This document shows, piece after piece, positions 1 to 10,400 of a DNA stretch of 64,000 bases (position 1 is its first letter; each line of letters starts with the position of its first letter). Under the pieces are notes generated by a model, which was not told the origin of the DNA, ran no database searches, and was given only the letters and a program-made list of their open reading frames with translations. Origin of the DNA: Tetramitus jugosus. Taxonomy: Eukaryota > Protista > Heterolobosea. The DNA is taken from positions 62,001 to 126,000 of the forward strand of contig OW569392.1 of the NCBI GenBank assembly GCA_937625935.1, given 5' to 3'. The translations under genes and the position numbers were made by a program.

Positions 1-796
1 CTCTCATGAGCTCAAGGATAAATACACATGTTAATACCAAGTACACAACTGCATTCAAGTAAGCATTCCTTTTGACATGGTTTCCTGTTTCTCCTCTTTG
101 CATATCTGAATAAACCACCGTATTTCCATATGATCCAGGTTTTGTGACAATAATTGTTCGAATCGTAAGGACCAGAGTAGAAATGAATAGTGTAATCAAG
201 ACAACTTGAATCAATCCGTACCACCTCAGAGCTGCAACCACTCTGAGCACTATCAATACCGTGCCCGAAACCTTAGCATCAACAATTGATAGAATGATTT
301 GGACGATTGGCAGAATCGAAACAGTAGCCATAAACAACACTGCACACAGCACTACTAATCCCTTGAATCCAGTCCATGACTTGATCTTCTCTTCACTTAA
401 ATGAGTACCAGGCAACACATTTAAATCCATTCTCTGTGCATTTCGAGCAGAGAAGTAAAAGATCAAAAACGGATAGATAAACAGGTGCTCAACTGAAGCT
501 ACACGAGTAATCTCTTGTGCCGTTAGGAGCAACATATTTACAAGCTTACTTCTCCAGATGACATCGTACCAAATGATCCTGGCCGAGAGTACGCCACTAC
601 TGATTGACATCAGGAAGCTTGACGTGAACAGAGTCACAGCAAACAACAGGGCAAAGAGTGGGTCCAAACCTTGAGAGCTTTTTGCACTTTTTTGGAGATA
701 TTTCACAAGAGCAACAATAAGTAGTATGAAGGCGATCAGACTAGTGACGGATGTGAGCGATGAGCTCACATGTTGAATAATTGCCAATCGATGCAT
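1..796 (-). CDS. Multi-pass membrane protein, probably 7TM/GPCR-like (C-terminus runs off the window's left edge)
   Basis: Absent from the ORF track. Manual translation from the ATG at 796 is open to position 1 (MHRLAIIQHVSSSLTSVTSLIAFILLIVALVKYL...AYLNAVVYLVLTCVFILELMR). About six hydrophobic segments occur in 265 codons, with serpentine-receptor-like spacing. Confidence 0.7.
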   Translation of the reverse strand, partial: MHRLAIIQHVSSSLTSVTSLIAFILLIVALVKYLQKSAKSSQGLDPLFALLFAVTLFTSSFLMSISSGVLSARIIWYDVIWRSKLVNMLLLTAQEITRVASVEHLFIYPFLIFYFSARNAQRMDLNVLPGTHLSEEKIKSWTGFKGLVVLCAVLFMATVSILPIVQIILSIVDAKVSGTVLIVLRVVAALRWYGLIQVVLITLFISTLVLTIRTIIVTKPGSYGNTVVYSDMQRGETGNHVKRNAYLNAVVYLVLTCVFILELMR

Positions 797-1056
797 GGTG
801 GGTGTTTCCTCTGAATTTTTTTTGGGTCCATGTTCGCTTATCAAGGGTTCTGCATGAAGTGGTGAATTGGAACATGTGTTTTTTTTGCTGGAAGGGTCGA
901 TCAGAAATCGAGCAGCCGCTTACAACGAGGATAGCAGTAGTTGTTTCAAACTCTGTACCAGAAGAAAAGATCTTGAATACACTCAGAACGTGTTCTGAGT
1001 TATTTCTGCGTTTCTTCTTTTTCTCCGAACAACTACGGTTGACACTCACACAAACG

Positions 1057-1905
1057 ATGTTAAGAACACCAAGAATTGTTGTGATTCCCCTCAATAATTT
1101 TGAAACTATGGTCAATGGGCAGTCCAAATCTGATTTGACTCCAGTGAACATTCCATTTGTACAGTATCCTCTTCAACACGATCTATTACCCTCAAACGAT
1201 GGATCAAAGAAGAAAGAACTTGAAGTTTGCTATACTTTCCATTTTCCGGTCAAGGAGGTTCCTCCTGATTTGCTTGGAGAAAGATGGGCTGTAGACGACA
1301 CTCGAACAGTTCGAGATACCTATTTTGATGTCGATGCAGAACACTCTTTGTTTGAGCAAGGGGTATGGGTAAAGAAGAGAGAGTTCGAAGATGGAGATGG
1401 GAATTGGGGTCAAACTGTTTGGATCATTAGCAGAACCTATTGTGTCAAGGAAAAAGAGTTGGCACTTTCTGAGGAGATTATGGATACAGAGCAAGAAAGA
1501 GATGACTATCTTCGTGCTTTTGGTGTCTCGATGGAAGAACTGGACCTGAAATTCACATTTACTGTTTATTTCGATGTGTACAAAAACAAGTCTGACAAAA
1601 GTGTTGAATGCATGATTGCTGATGCTGTGATGCCAGACGGGACAATCAAGAGTTATGGTCAATTAAAGAGTGCTAAGCTTGATGACATTAAGGAATGGAA
1701 TGGTAAATTATCATCTGGACTTGGTCCAATCATAGAATACATCAGCAGGGAAAGATTTGGTGTGGATCGCAAGGAAGAGCAACCAGAAAACTCTGAAGAT
1801 GAGAATAAGCCACGCTTCTTCTTGGATGGAGCCTTTGACGACGGAATAACGGATGAGGAATGTGTAGACTTTTGGTTAAGGAAGAGAAATGCAGAGGTCA
1901 ACTAG
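1057..1905 (+). CDS. CYTH/thiamine-triphosphatase-like protein (degenerate)
   Basis: ELEVCYTF, VRDTYFDV and SLFEQGVWVKKRE parallel the ThTPase/CYTH motifs IEVERKF, FRDTYYDT and LMQADHWLRRRE. The first likely ATG is at 1057, after an A/C-rich leader (the ORF track starts at TTG 781). Confidence 0.55.
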   Translation: MLRTPRIVVIPLNNFETMVNGQSKSDLTPVNIPFVQYPLQHDLLPSNDGSKKKELEVCYTFHFPVKEVPPDLLGERWAVDDTRTVRDTYFDVDAEHSLFEQGVWVKKREFEDGDGNWGQTVWIISRTYCVKEKELALSEEIMDTEQERDDYLRAFGVSMEELDLKFTFTVYFDVYKNKSDKSVECMIADAVMPDGTIKSYGQLKSAKLDDIKEWNGKLSSGLGPIIEYISRERFGVDRKEEQPENSEDENKPRFFLDGAFDDGITDEECVDFWLRKRNAEVN

Positions 1906-3267
1906 GATAGTCCAACAGTTTTTGTACTTGATGTCAGGACTTGACACTGAAGATTGAGACCGTAGTAACATTCACCAACGAGTCGGGCCAAAGTCCTCGA
2001 TTCAATTCCTTAAGGGATCTTCCGGGTAGGTTAGAAATCCTAAAGAGGGATATTGCGGTGATACGTGTTGTACTTATCGTGTTGTCATCCTTTTGTTGAA
2101 TTGGTGCTGTGTTACGTATGAGGACTTTGACCAACTTCCCTTGGAATGTGTGCTTCCTCTCCGGATTGAAGCCGAGGAAGCAACTGTTTGGCGTCCACTA
2201 CAACAAACTCTTGAGGAAATATGCATTGTTGCAAAAGGAAATTGGGAGGGAGGTCCGTTCAATAAACCGATGATCGTCATGCCATCATAGATCGATCCGA
2301 CCGGGAAAAATATGTTCCTCACATACTTGTGAAACGAGTCAGGCAATCGTGAAGTGGTTGACAAAGTGTGATCACCAATCATTTTTGCGGTTTCAGAATG
2401 CTGTCAAATAATGACTGCCTCCTCAAGATTATCTGGAACCGTAGTCAAACACTGAGGTACTTTTCAGGATTTATCGCACGGCCCAGTTTCGATTCAACGA
2501 GTACCGCACATTGAATGGTGATGTGCCCCGTAGGCCAAATACAAGCAAGATAGGGACACTCTACATCAGAAAGACATGTGTAGTTTCTATTCCAAACCCA
2601 CCATTTATTACCTGTCAAAGATTTTGCCCGAAACCAAAATTCCGATTTGTCAGTGTCAAATAAATTTGGTGAAAACAAATCACAAAAGGGTATCATCGCT
2701 TCATTTTCAATGCACCGGACTCGCCGATCGCGGGAAATTTCACATCTCATTCGTCAGCACCTGTCACAGATGAAATGTTCAAAAAGTAGTACCTCCACCA
2801 TTTGGAGAGCGCTCACACCATATTGATAAATGAGCTGAAACTAGATTCGTTTGTTGATTGCCAACGATTTTTCAGGGTGGGCCTCCACCTCAACTCGGGA
2901 GTCACCATGTCGAAAAAACGCCCATTCCTTCCCACAGCTTTTGATTCTCCCAATAAAAACATTGAACAACCCAACTCCAAAACCAACCACAACCAAGAGA
3001 AGGCTCTCCACACACAACCAACAAAAACCAAAACCAACCAACCAACCAACCAGTTTCCTTCCTCCCCAAACAACATAAGAATTTGTCACAAAGAAAGAAA
3101 CAACAACAACAACAACATATATAATCTATATCATATCCCCATATAGCCAACAGATATCCCGATATCTTTGACAGGTTTGTACCGTTAACTTGACGAATCG
3201 ATTTGTGCACAAAAATCAACTCAACCCAAACCAACCAAACTAACCAAACTAACACTAACAACCAACA

Positions 3268-3295
3268 CAACAACAACAACAACAACAACAACAAC
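3268..3295 (+). repeat. (CAA)n microsatellite within the A/C-rich leader of the cyclase gene
   Basis: The run caacaacaacaacaacaacaacaacaac is directly visible. Confidence 0.85.
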
Positions 3296-3416
3296 TCACT
3301 AACAACTCAACCAACAACATTGTGTTTTTTTGCACTACCCCCCCTTGTCAACCAACCAACAGACAAAATTTCACTTGCCCCCTTACAGCGGACAATAGGT
3401 AAATAGGAACAAAAAA

Positions 3417-6400
3417 ATGGCGATTGATAATACATCCAACAATCATAACAATACTACCAACAACAACAGTAGTGGTAATAATAATAATAATAATAGTAGA
3501 AATAATAACAACAATAGTAAGGAAGCTTATGAAAGAAAACCTTTCATCTATGTGCTTCAAGAATGGGTCAATACGCATCGTGCTCAATTCGATGTCAAAT
3601 CATTGTCAAGTCCACAAAGTAAACAAGCTCTTTCACCTCAAGATGACTCTGGGTTGACCATTGGACAAATGGTTGATATTGCCAATACGGATGACACTCC
3701 CATGGAAGAATGGATTGAACAATTGACGCAACAAGCTCCCACGGCCACTGAAAAATTCTTGTTTGTTTGTAAAAAAGTGAGAGCAAACGACGAAGACACT
3801 TGTGCGCTACTGAAAAATTTGGTCAAGGAATTTCCGCAGTGCAATTGGATGAAAATTACGGATCCGCAACAGAGCAATTGTTCGTTGATTCACATGTTGG
3901 CGCAAAAAAATAAGGTGCGCTGCATGGATTATCTCATTTCGTCGACTGGTCATGCGAACGAAAAGGAAATCAAGGCAAGATTGCGTTTATTGGACGCAAC
4001 GGACTCTATTGCTGCAACGCCACTGTTGTATGCAACGGCTCACAATGCAGAGGACGCTGTAGCTTACATTTTATCAAAGGGAAATATCAATACGAATGTC
4101 AAGGACATTTACAACAAGTTTCCATTGTTGCTCGCATTGAGACACAAGAATTACAAGATTGCAGAATTGTTGCTCGGTGATCGATCCACCAATGTTCACT
4201 TGAGAGGAACAAAGGGTAATACTGTGTTGCACACGTTGGTCGAAGAAGGTGATTTGGAAGGTATCAAGTTCCTTGTAGAGCACGGTGCATCGGCTCAGAG
4301 AAGAAACAATGAAGAAGAAAATGTCTTGTTTCATTCGTTGCCTCACATGGACGTGGCTCAATACTTGGGTCAACACTTTTCAAAGAGCGGTCTCGGAAAA
4401 ATCTTGTTGAATGTCAACACGTCGGGACACAGCGTTTTCCACAAGGCAGCCAATGATGGATTTTTTGACAGTTTGGTTGTCATTTTGGGATGTCTTGCAC
4501 TGGGTGAGTTATCTGTGAAACAGATTGAAACATTGTTGAACACACCGGACAAGAGTGGAAATACTCCATTGATTCTGGCAATCAAGTCTGGTAGAAGAGA
4601 CATGGTTCGTTTCTTGTGCAAGTGTCAAGAAACCAATTTGAATGATGGAGATCGTTATTACAATACTCCATTGTATTATGCAGCATCGAGCAAGGATCAT
4701 ACGATGGCATCATTGTTGACCAGGTTTGGTGCATCTTTGAAGGCATCCAACAGAACGGAGGAAGAAAAGGAAACTTCTTGCTTCTCCACTGTTGTCGATC
4801 GGTTGAAGAGTTTGAGCACAGTGTTGACTCTGATGCTCAGTGCTTTTGCCATTGTTTGTATCGTGTCTGTCGCTGTCGTCTGTATCATTTTCTTTGCTAC
4901 AAACATTAGCTCCAGTGCAGCCAATCTCAGAAAAAAGTCGTTTGGAGAAGTTGTTGATTACGTCTCCAACAGTTTCAACACTCTAGCAGCATCTCAGATT
5001 ACTGCAGTATCTCAAATTCAAGACAAGGTAGATGTGTTGGACGGATGGGATTCTTTCCGCTTCGCATACACAGTCTATCAGGCTAACTACAAGACTGGTG
5101 GTCTCATTGCTGCCTCCTCCATTAGATTGTTCGATGGAAGATCAGCTGGTATCTCCATTAACTCTTTTACAAAGGAGACATGGAAGTCCCTGTCATACAT
5201 TTCCTTCGATGATCCCTTGACTTTTGAAGCTTGGATCTTCCCTAATCTTACAACGACTAGTTGGAAGTCTTTCAACGGAACCAAGCCATTCCTTACCGTC
5301 AAGAAGCCAATCGTGTGGAAGTGGATTACAAACAGTGCAGACAAGACTGAGACTTATTGGAGTGATCCTTATTTGAAGGCACCACTTACCTATCTCTTCT
5401 ACAGTTTGATTACTCCAATTAGAGATCAAATCACAGGTACCTATCTTGGTTATTATGCTCTGGATGCATCTGTTCAGACCATCAACGACTACTTGAAGGT
5501 TAAAGCCAAAGAGAACTACGACAGCACAATTGTGATCTTTGAAACAAGAACTCAAAACATGGTTGCTACCAGTAGTCCAAATGTCACCGTCTATAGCACC
5601 CACGCTGGATCAGATGGTACTGATATTGGAAGATTCTCTGGTACCAACAGCACAAATGCCAAGGTTGCTGGAATGGCTAAATTCTTGAGAGACAACTATG
5701 GTAGTGGCTCTCTTGCTCACGCCATTCAACCAGAACAAAGAGCGTACAAAATATGGACTTTGGGAGCAGAGAGACAAGCACTGAACATTGCTAGAATTAC
5801 TGACAAGTTTGGTCTCGATTGGATTATTTGTCAAACTCTTCCTACCAGAGTGTTCTATCAGACATTCGGTATCAGTATTGGTGTCATGGCTGGTTTGACA
5901 GTCATTCTTCTGGTTTTGGGTGTCATTCTCTCCACAATTGCTGCTCGATTGTTCATGAGACCAATCTTGATCCTCATTAAGCAAGCTGATGATATCAAGA
6001 TGCTTCAGTTGGACAAGGTCGAGAAGGATTTGAACCAGTCATCATCTAGCTTCACTGAAGTTAGAACATTGCAAGAATCTTACAAGTCCATGACTGCTAG
6101 ATTGAAGCAATTCAGACAATTTATTCCAGCTCACATTCTTTCTGTCATTGATGAAGAAATTGGTTTGAAGAAGAAGGAACTTATCGAGGGCAGCAACAAC
6201 GCTGGTAGTTCAGGTGCTGATAGAGATTCTGATGGTGTTTCAGTGATTTCTGCAGCGAACGCCACTGGTATGGTGAATCGTGCTTTGAGATCAAACTTGA
6301 ACAGTGGATGCATCACTGTCATGACTATCAGATTCCCTGATTTGGAAGAAATTTTGGAACAGTACTCTGCCGATGATCTCGTTGAAACCACAAAGTCCCT

Positions 6401-7103
6401 TGTGAGTAGCATCAGAAGATGTATTCAAGAGTCAAGTGGTCAACTTGTCAGTATGTCATCCAAGAAGTCTGTCATCGTGTGGAATACTTTCATTTCCCAG
6501 AGTGATCACAGAGTCAGAGCTTGCAAAACTGCTCGTCAATGTCTGAATGAGATTGAAGAACTCCACAAAGAATGGGCCTTGAACGGCTTGCCTCAACTCC
6601 ACTTGAGAATTGGTATTGCAAGTGGTGTTGCATACTATGGTAACATTGGTAGCGATTCAACAAAGTTCTTTACCATTATTGGAGCTCCTTCCAAGCTATC
6701 AGACTCCTTGTGTGCAGTGAACAAGCACTGGGGAACCAGAGCAATTATTTCAGATGATGTTTACGAACATGCCAAGGATGACTTCTTTGTCAGACCATTC
6801 GGAAACAGATTCGATGACAATCTGCTCATGTACGAACTCGGATCATCAAAGAACTCTGATGCATGGGTTGATGAGATGTCCCCTGATCACAAGGGAGACA
6901 TATGGAAGGCATACAGAGATGGTTATGACCTCTTCCAGAAGGAGATGTTCAATGAAGCTCTCCAAGTGTTCACCAACTGTCACAACCAGGATCCATATGA
7001 TGTCGTGACACAAAAAATGATGGAGTTGTGCCATGACCAGAACAACTTCTCCACCAAGTCAGAACATGATTTAATCAGTACTGAAGTCAATTCAGTCTAT
7101 TAG
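3417..7103 (+). CDS. Ankyrin-repeat, 2-TM Cache-like sensor, HAMP, class III nucleotide-cyclase-like protein (catalytic residues degenerate)
   Basis: Ankyrin repeats (ATPLLYAT, GNTVLHTLV, GNTPLILAI, NTPLYYAA) are followed by TM1 (LMLSAFAIVCIVSVAVVCIIFF). A Cache-like loop follows (YWSDPY...YYALDASV...GLDWIIC), then TM2 and a HAMP-like segment (RPILIL...SFTEVRTLQESYKSM...FRQFIP). The cyclase fold (LRIGIASG...GNIGS...FTIIG) ends in a TPR-like tail. Confidence 0.85.
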   Translation: MAIDNTSNNHNNTTNNNSSGNNNNNNSRNNNNNSKEAYERKPFIYVLQEWVNTHRAQFDVKSLSSPQSKQALSPQDDSGLTIGQMVDIANTDDTPMEEWIEQLTQQAPTATEKFLFVCKKVRANDEDTCALLKNLVKEFPQCNWMKITDPQQSNCSLIHMLAQKNKVRCMDYLISSTGHANEKEIKARLRLLDATDSIAATPLLYATAHNAEDAVAYILSKGNINTNVKDIYNKFPLLLALRHKNYKIAELLLGDRSTNVHLRGTKGNTVLHTLVEEGDLEGIKFLVEHGASAQRRNNEEENVLFHSLPHMDVAQYLGQHFSKSGLGKILLNVNTSGHSVFHKAANDGFFDSLVVILGCLALGELSVKQIETLLNTPDKSGNTPLILAIKSGRRDMVRFLCKCQETNLNDGDRYYNTPLYYAASSKDHTMASLLTRFGASLKASNRTEEEKETSCFSTVVDRLKSLSTVLTLMLSAFAIVCIVSVAVVCIIFFATNISSSAANLRKKSFGEVVDYVSNSFNTLAASQITAVSQIQDKVDVLDGWDSFRFAYTVYQANYKTGGLIAASSIRLFDGRSAGISINSFTKETWKSLSYISFDDPLTFEAWIFPNLTTTSWKSFNGTKPFLTVKKPIVWKWITNSADKTETYWSDPYLKAPLTYLFYSLITPIRDQITGTYLGYYALDASVQTINDYLKVKAKENYDSTIVIFETRTQNMVATSSPNVTVYSTHAGSDGTDIGRFSGTNSTNAKVAGMAKFLRDNYGSGSLAHAIQPEQRAYKIWTLGAERQALNIARITDKFGLDWIICQTLPTRVFYQTFGISIGVMAGLTVILLVLGVILSTIAARLFMRPILILIKQADDIKMLQLDKVEKDLNQSSSSFTEVRTLQESYKSMTARLKQFRQFIPAHILSVIDEEIGLKKKELIEGSNNAGSSGADRDSDGVSVISAANATGMVNRALRSNLNSGCITVMTIRFPDLEEILEQYSADDLVETTKSLVSSIRRCIQESSGQLVSMSSKKSVIVWNTFISQSDHRVRACKTARQCLNEIEELHKEWALNGLPQLHLRIGIASGVAYYGNIGSDSTKFFTIIGAPSKLSDSLCAVNKHWGTRAIISDDVYEHAKDDFFVRPFGNRFDDNLLMYELGSSKNSDAWVDEMSPDHKGDIWKAYRDGYDLFQKEMFNEALQVFTNCHNQDPYDVVTQKMMELCHDQNNFSTKSEHDLISTEVNSVY

Positions 7104-7457
7104 ATGCACAATCCAAACAACCTACAACAACAACCCTTACTAAATATTTATTGATAAACATACAAATCCTTTTTTTCATCTTCACTGTTGTTCCTCGGCC
7201 GTAGTTGAAGTAACTGAATGTGAATGAACACGTGCATTTTCTTTTCGGGATGACGAATGACGCACCAATGTTTTTTTTTCACACAAACATTTATACCCTG
7301 AAGGAAAGCTCTTGTTGACACAAAAACTTTCTCTCTCCAGAAATCCAAACAGAAAAGGAAGAACAGGCGGCGAGGACCAAAAAGCACACACCCAAGAGAG
7401 ATATTTCACTGTTGGTCAAAAGAAGTCAACCAAAAAAACAAACAAGAAAAAGCAAGA

Positions 7458-10400
7458 ATGCAACCTCCACATCATTTCCCTCCAGCAGACAACTGTTTGC
7501 CACCTATTCTGCGTTCCACAAGTAACAAGAGCTTTTTGTGTGGTCCTATTGGAGCACCAGAGATTGACCTTTCTCTATGCTTGCATGATTTGTTCAGGAG
7601 ACAAGCTAAGCTTACACCACAAAAAATTGCTTGTGTACAGCCATTGACCGCCTCCAACGGTGCTCAACGATTTTTGACATTTGAGCAGTTGGATCTTTTG
7701 AGTGACCGTTTGGCTAGTTTTATTGTGAGTAAGTTTACAAACGGAGAATTAGAACACACGGTTGGTTTGTATTTGGATAAGAGTGTGGAGTATGTGGTGG
7801 GTTATGTGGCTATTTTGAAGGCTGGTTGTGCTTATATTCCTATTGAGTTGGTTCATCCAAGAGAAATGTTGGCTCAATTGTTGGAAGAAGCAAATCCAAA
7901 GCTCGTTCTCACGAGCAAGCACTACTCTGAAAATTTGCCAAGTTTTGTCAATTATTTTGAGATGAATGTTAATGATGTTTATGAGAATGATGTGATTGGT
8001 GATGTGAGTGATGAAGAATTAGAGTGGAAGAATCAAATTAAAGACATGGATGTGCGTGTGTTGGATCAAGTGAAGGTATCACCAGACAATTTGGCCTATC
8101 TTGTGTTTAGTTCTGGTACTACTGGCAAGCCAAAAGCTATTACATGTCCTCACAGAGGTGCTGTCAACAGTTACTGTTGGAGATACAAGGAATATCCATT
8201 CGATGAAGGTGATCGTGTTGCATGCAACATCTTTTTCGTGTGGGAATTGTTGAGACCAATGCTCAAGGGAGCTACTCTCTATGTCATTCCAGACGATACA
8301 ATCTATAATCCAAAGGCTGTTGTGGAATACTTGTCTCAGCACAAAATCAACAGAGTTTTGTTTACTCCATCACTGTTGCAAGCTGTTATCGATTCACACG
8401 AACCAGAAGAGTTGAACAAGGCTTTGGCTAGCAGTCTAAAGATTGTTTGGATGTGTGGTGAGGTATTAACCATGAAACTCAACCAACGATTTAAGCTCGC
8501 TCTTCCAAACACCAAGGTGTTGAATCTGTATTCGGTGAGTGAATGTCATGATGTTTCTGGTGCGGATGTAGCCGATTTGAAGTCAGACACTGATTACGCA
8601 AGTGCTGGTTTTATGTTGGACAATGTTCAAATTTATATTTTGGATGAAGATTTTAATCTAGTAGACAAGGGCGAGATTGGAGAACTTTTTGTTGGTGGCG
8701 TAACCAATGCTCGAGAGTACCTTCATCAACCAAAGTTGACCGCTGAGCGATTTATTCTGAATCCATTCTTGGAGAAGCCACTCGTAGGCAATGACAATAG
8801 ATTGTACAGAACAGGTGATATCGCTAGAATATTATCCGATAACAGTTTGGAAATTAGAGGCAGATGCAACTCCATGGTAAAAATTAGAGGTTATTCGATT
8901 GAACTATGTGCCGTCGAGGCAGTTTTGTCTCTACACGAATCTGTAGAAGCTGCGATTGTTATCCCCGAAGGAGATGACTTGTTGACTAAAAAGTTGGTTG
9001 CCTACGTGATTGGAAAGTCTGAGTTTGGTCAATTAGATGGTCCTCAGTTGAGAGAACATGTTAAACAAAGATTGCCTCATTACATGGTGCCTCAAGTAAT
9101 TATGCAAATTTCAGAGTTCCCACTTAACGCTGCAAGTGGTAAAATCGATAAAAAGCAGCTGCCAAAGTCTTGGGATCGACCTGATCTTATCTTGAAGCTT
9201 AACAACTTTAAGGAGGCAGAAACAGACTCTGAGAAGAAGCTACTCGCAATGTGGCACACAATCTTTGGTGAGAATGAAGTTATTGGTGTCTTGGACTCCT
9301 TTGTTGATCTCGGAGGAAATAGTTTCCAAATGGCTAGATTGTATGCTATGATCACTAAAGAGTTTGAAAATGCAACCTCTGTTTTAACGCTGCCAGATAT
9401 GTACAACTATCCGACTATTGAACTAATGGCGAGAATTTTGGATTCAAATCAGCTACCAATCACTGCTGACTCTCAACCAAACTTGGTCGCTGAACTGCAA
9501 TCAGTCATTGAAGCGGCCAACATTGTTCGACGCTCAACAGAAACTGCCGTAGGACCATTCAAGAATATTTTCGTTACTGGTGTCACAGGATTTTTGGGAG
9601 CATTCTTGTTGAGAGACATTCTCGAAATCCATAAAGATGCCACTGTTCATTGCTTGGTCAGATCAAGTACAACTCAGGAAGCACTTCAGCGAATTAGTTC
9701 TCATTTATCTGAATTCAAACTCTGGAACCAAGACTATGAATCACGATTGAATATTATTGTAGGAAATTTGGAGGTTGAGAAGTTCGGTCTAGGTACTGCC
9801 GGTTTCACCAAGTTGGCAAATAGTGTTGACTTGATTATCAATAACGGAGCAATCGTGGATTTCACGACATCCTATGAGAACATGAAGACTGTGAATGTTG
9901 TCGCGTCGAAGACCATTCTAGATCTAGCATGTGCCGCTGAGAGGATCACACCAGTTATTTATCACGTATCTACGACAGGAGTGTTCCCACTGCTTCATGA
10001 TCGCAAGAAGCACTTGATCAGAGAAGAAGATATTCCTAATACACCAGAAAAGCTAAAGAATGGCTACTCTCAAAGCAAGTGGGTATCTGAAAGATTGATG
10101 ATTCACGCAAGAGAGACTGCAAACATGCCAATCGTTATTTTCAGACCTGGTGATATCGTGGGAGATTCAGTGCATGGTCAATCAAACAAGAACCACGATT
10201 TGGTTCGAACTATCCAAGGCATCATTCGTATGGGAGCTGCTCCTAGAGATCATAGATTGATTGATATGATACCTGTCGACTTTGTGAGTCGTGCTATTGT
10301 TGCTTACAATTATGAGGATAGCGTCACATCAGGCCAGTTCATTTACAACTTGGTTCACCCAGAACCAGTACGCTTCAATGACATTGCACACGCATTGAAG

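Noticed and set aside
1934-2830. Chain of short minus-strand ORFs (2445-2750, 2074-2382, 1934-2134) as a spliced gene or pseudogene
   Set aside because: No convincing splice signals join them and I recognise no protein family.
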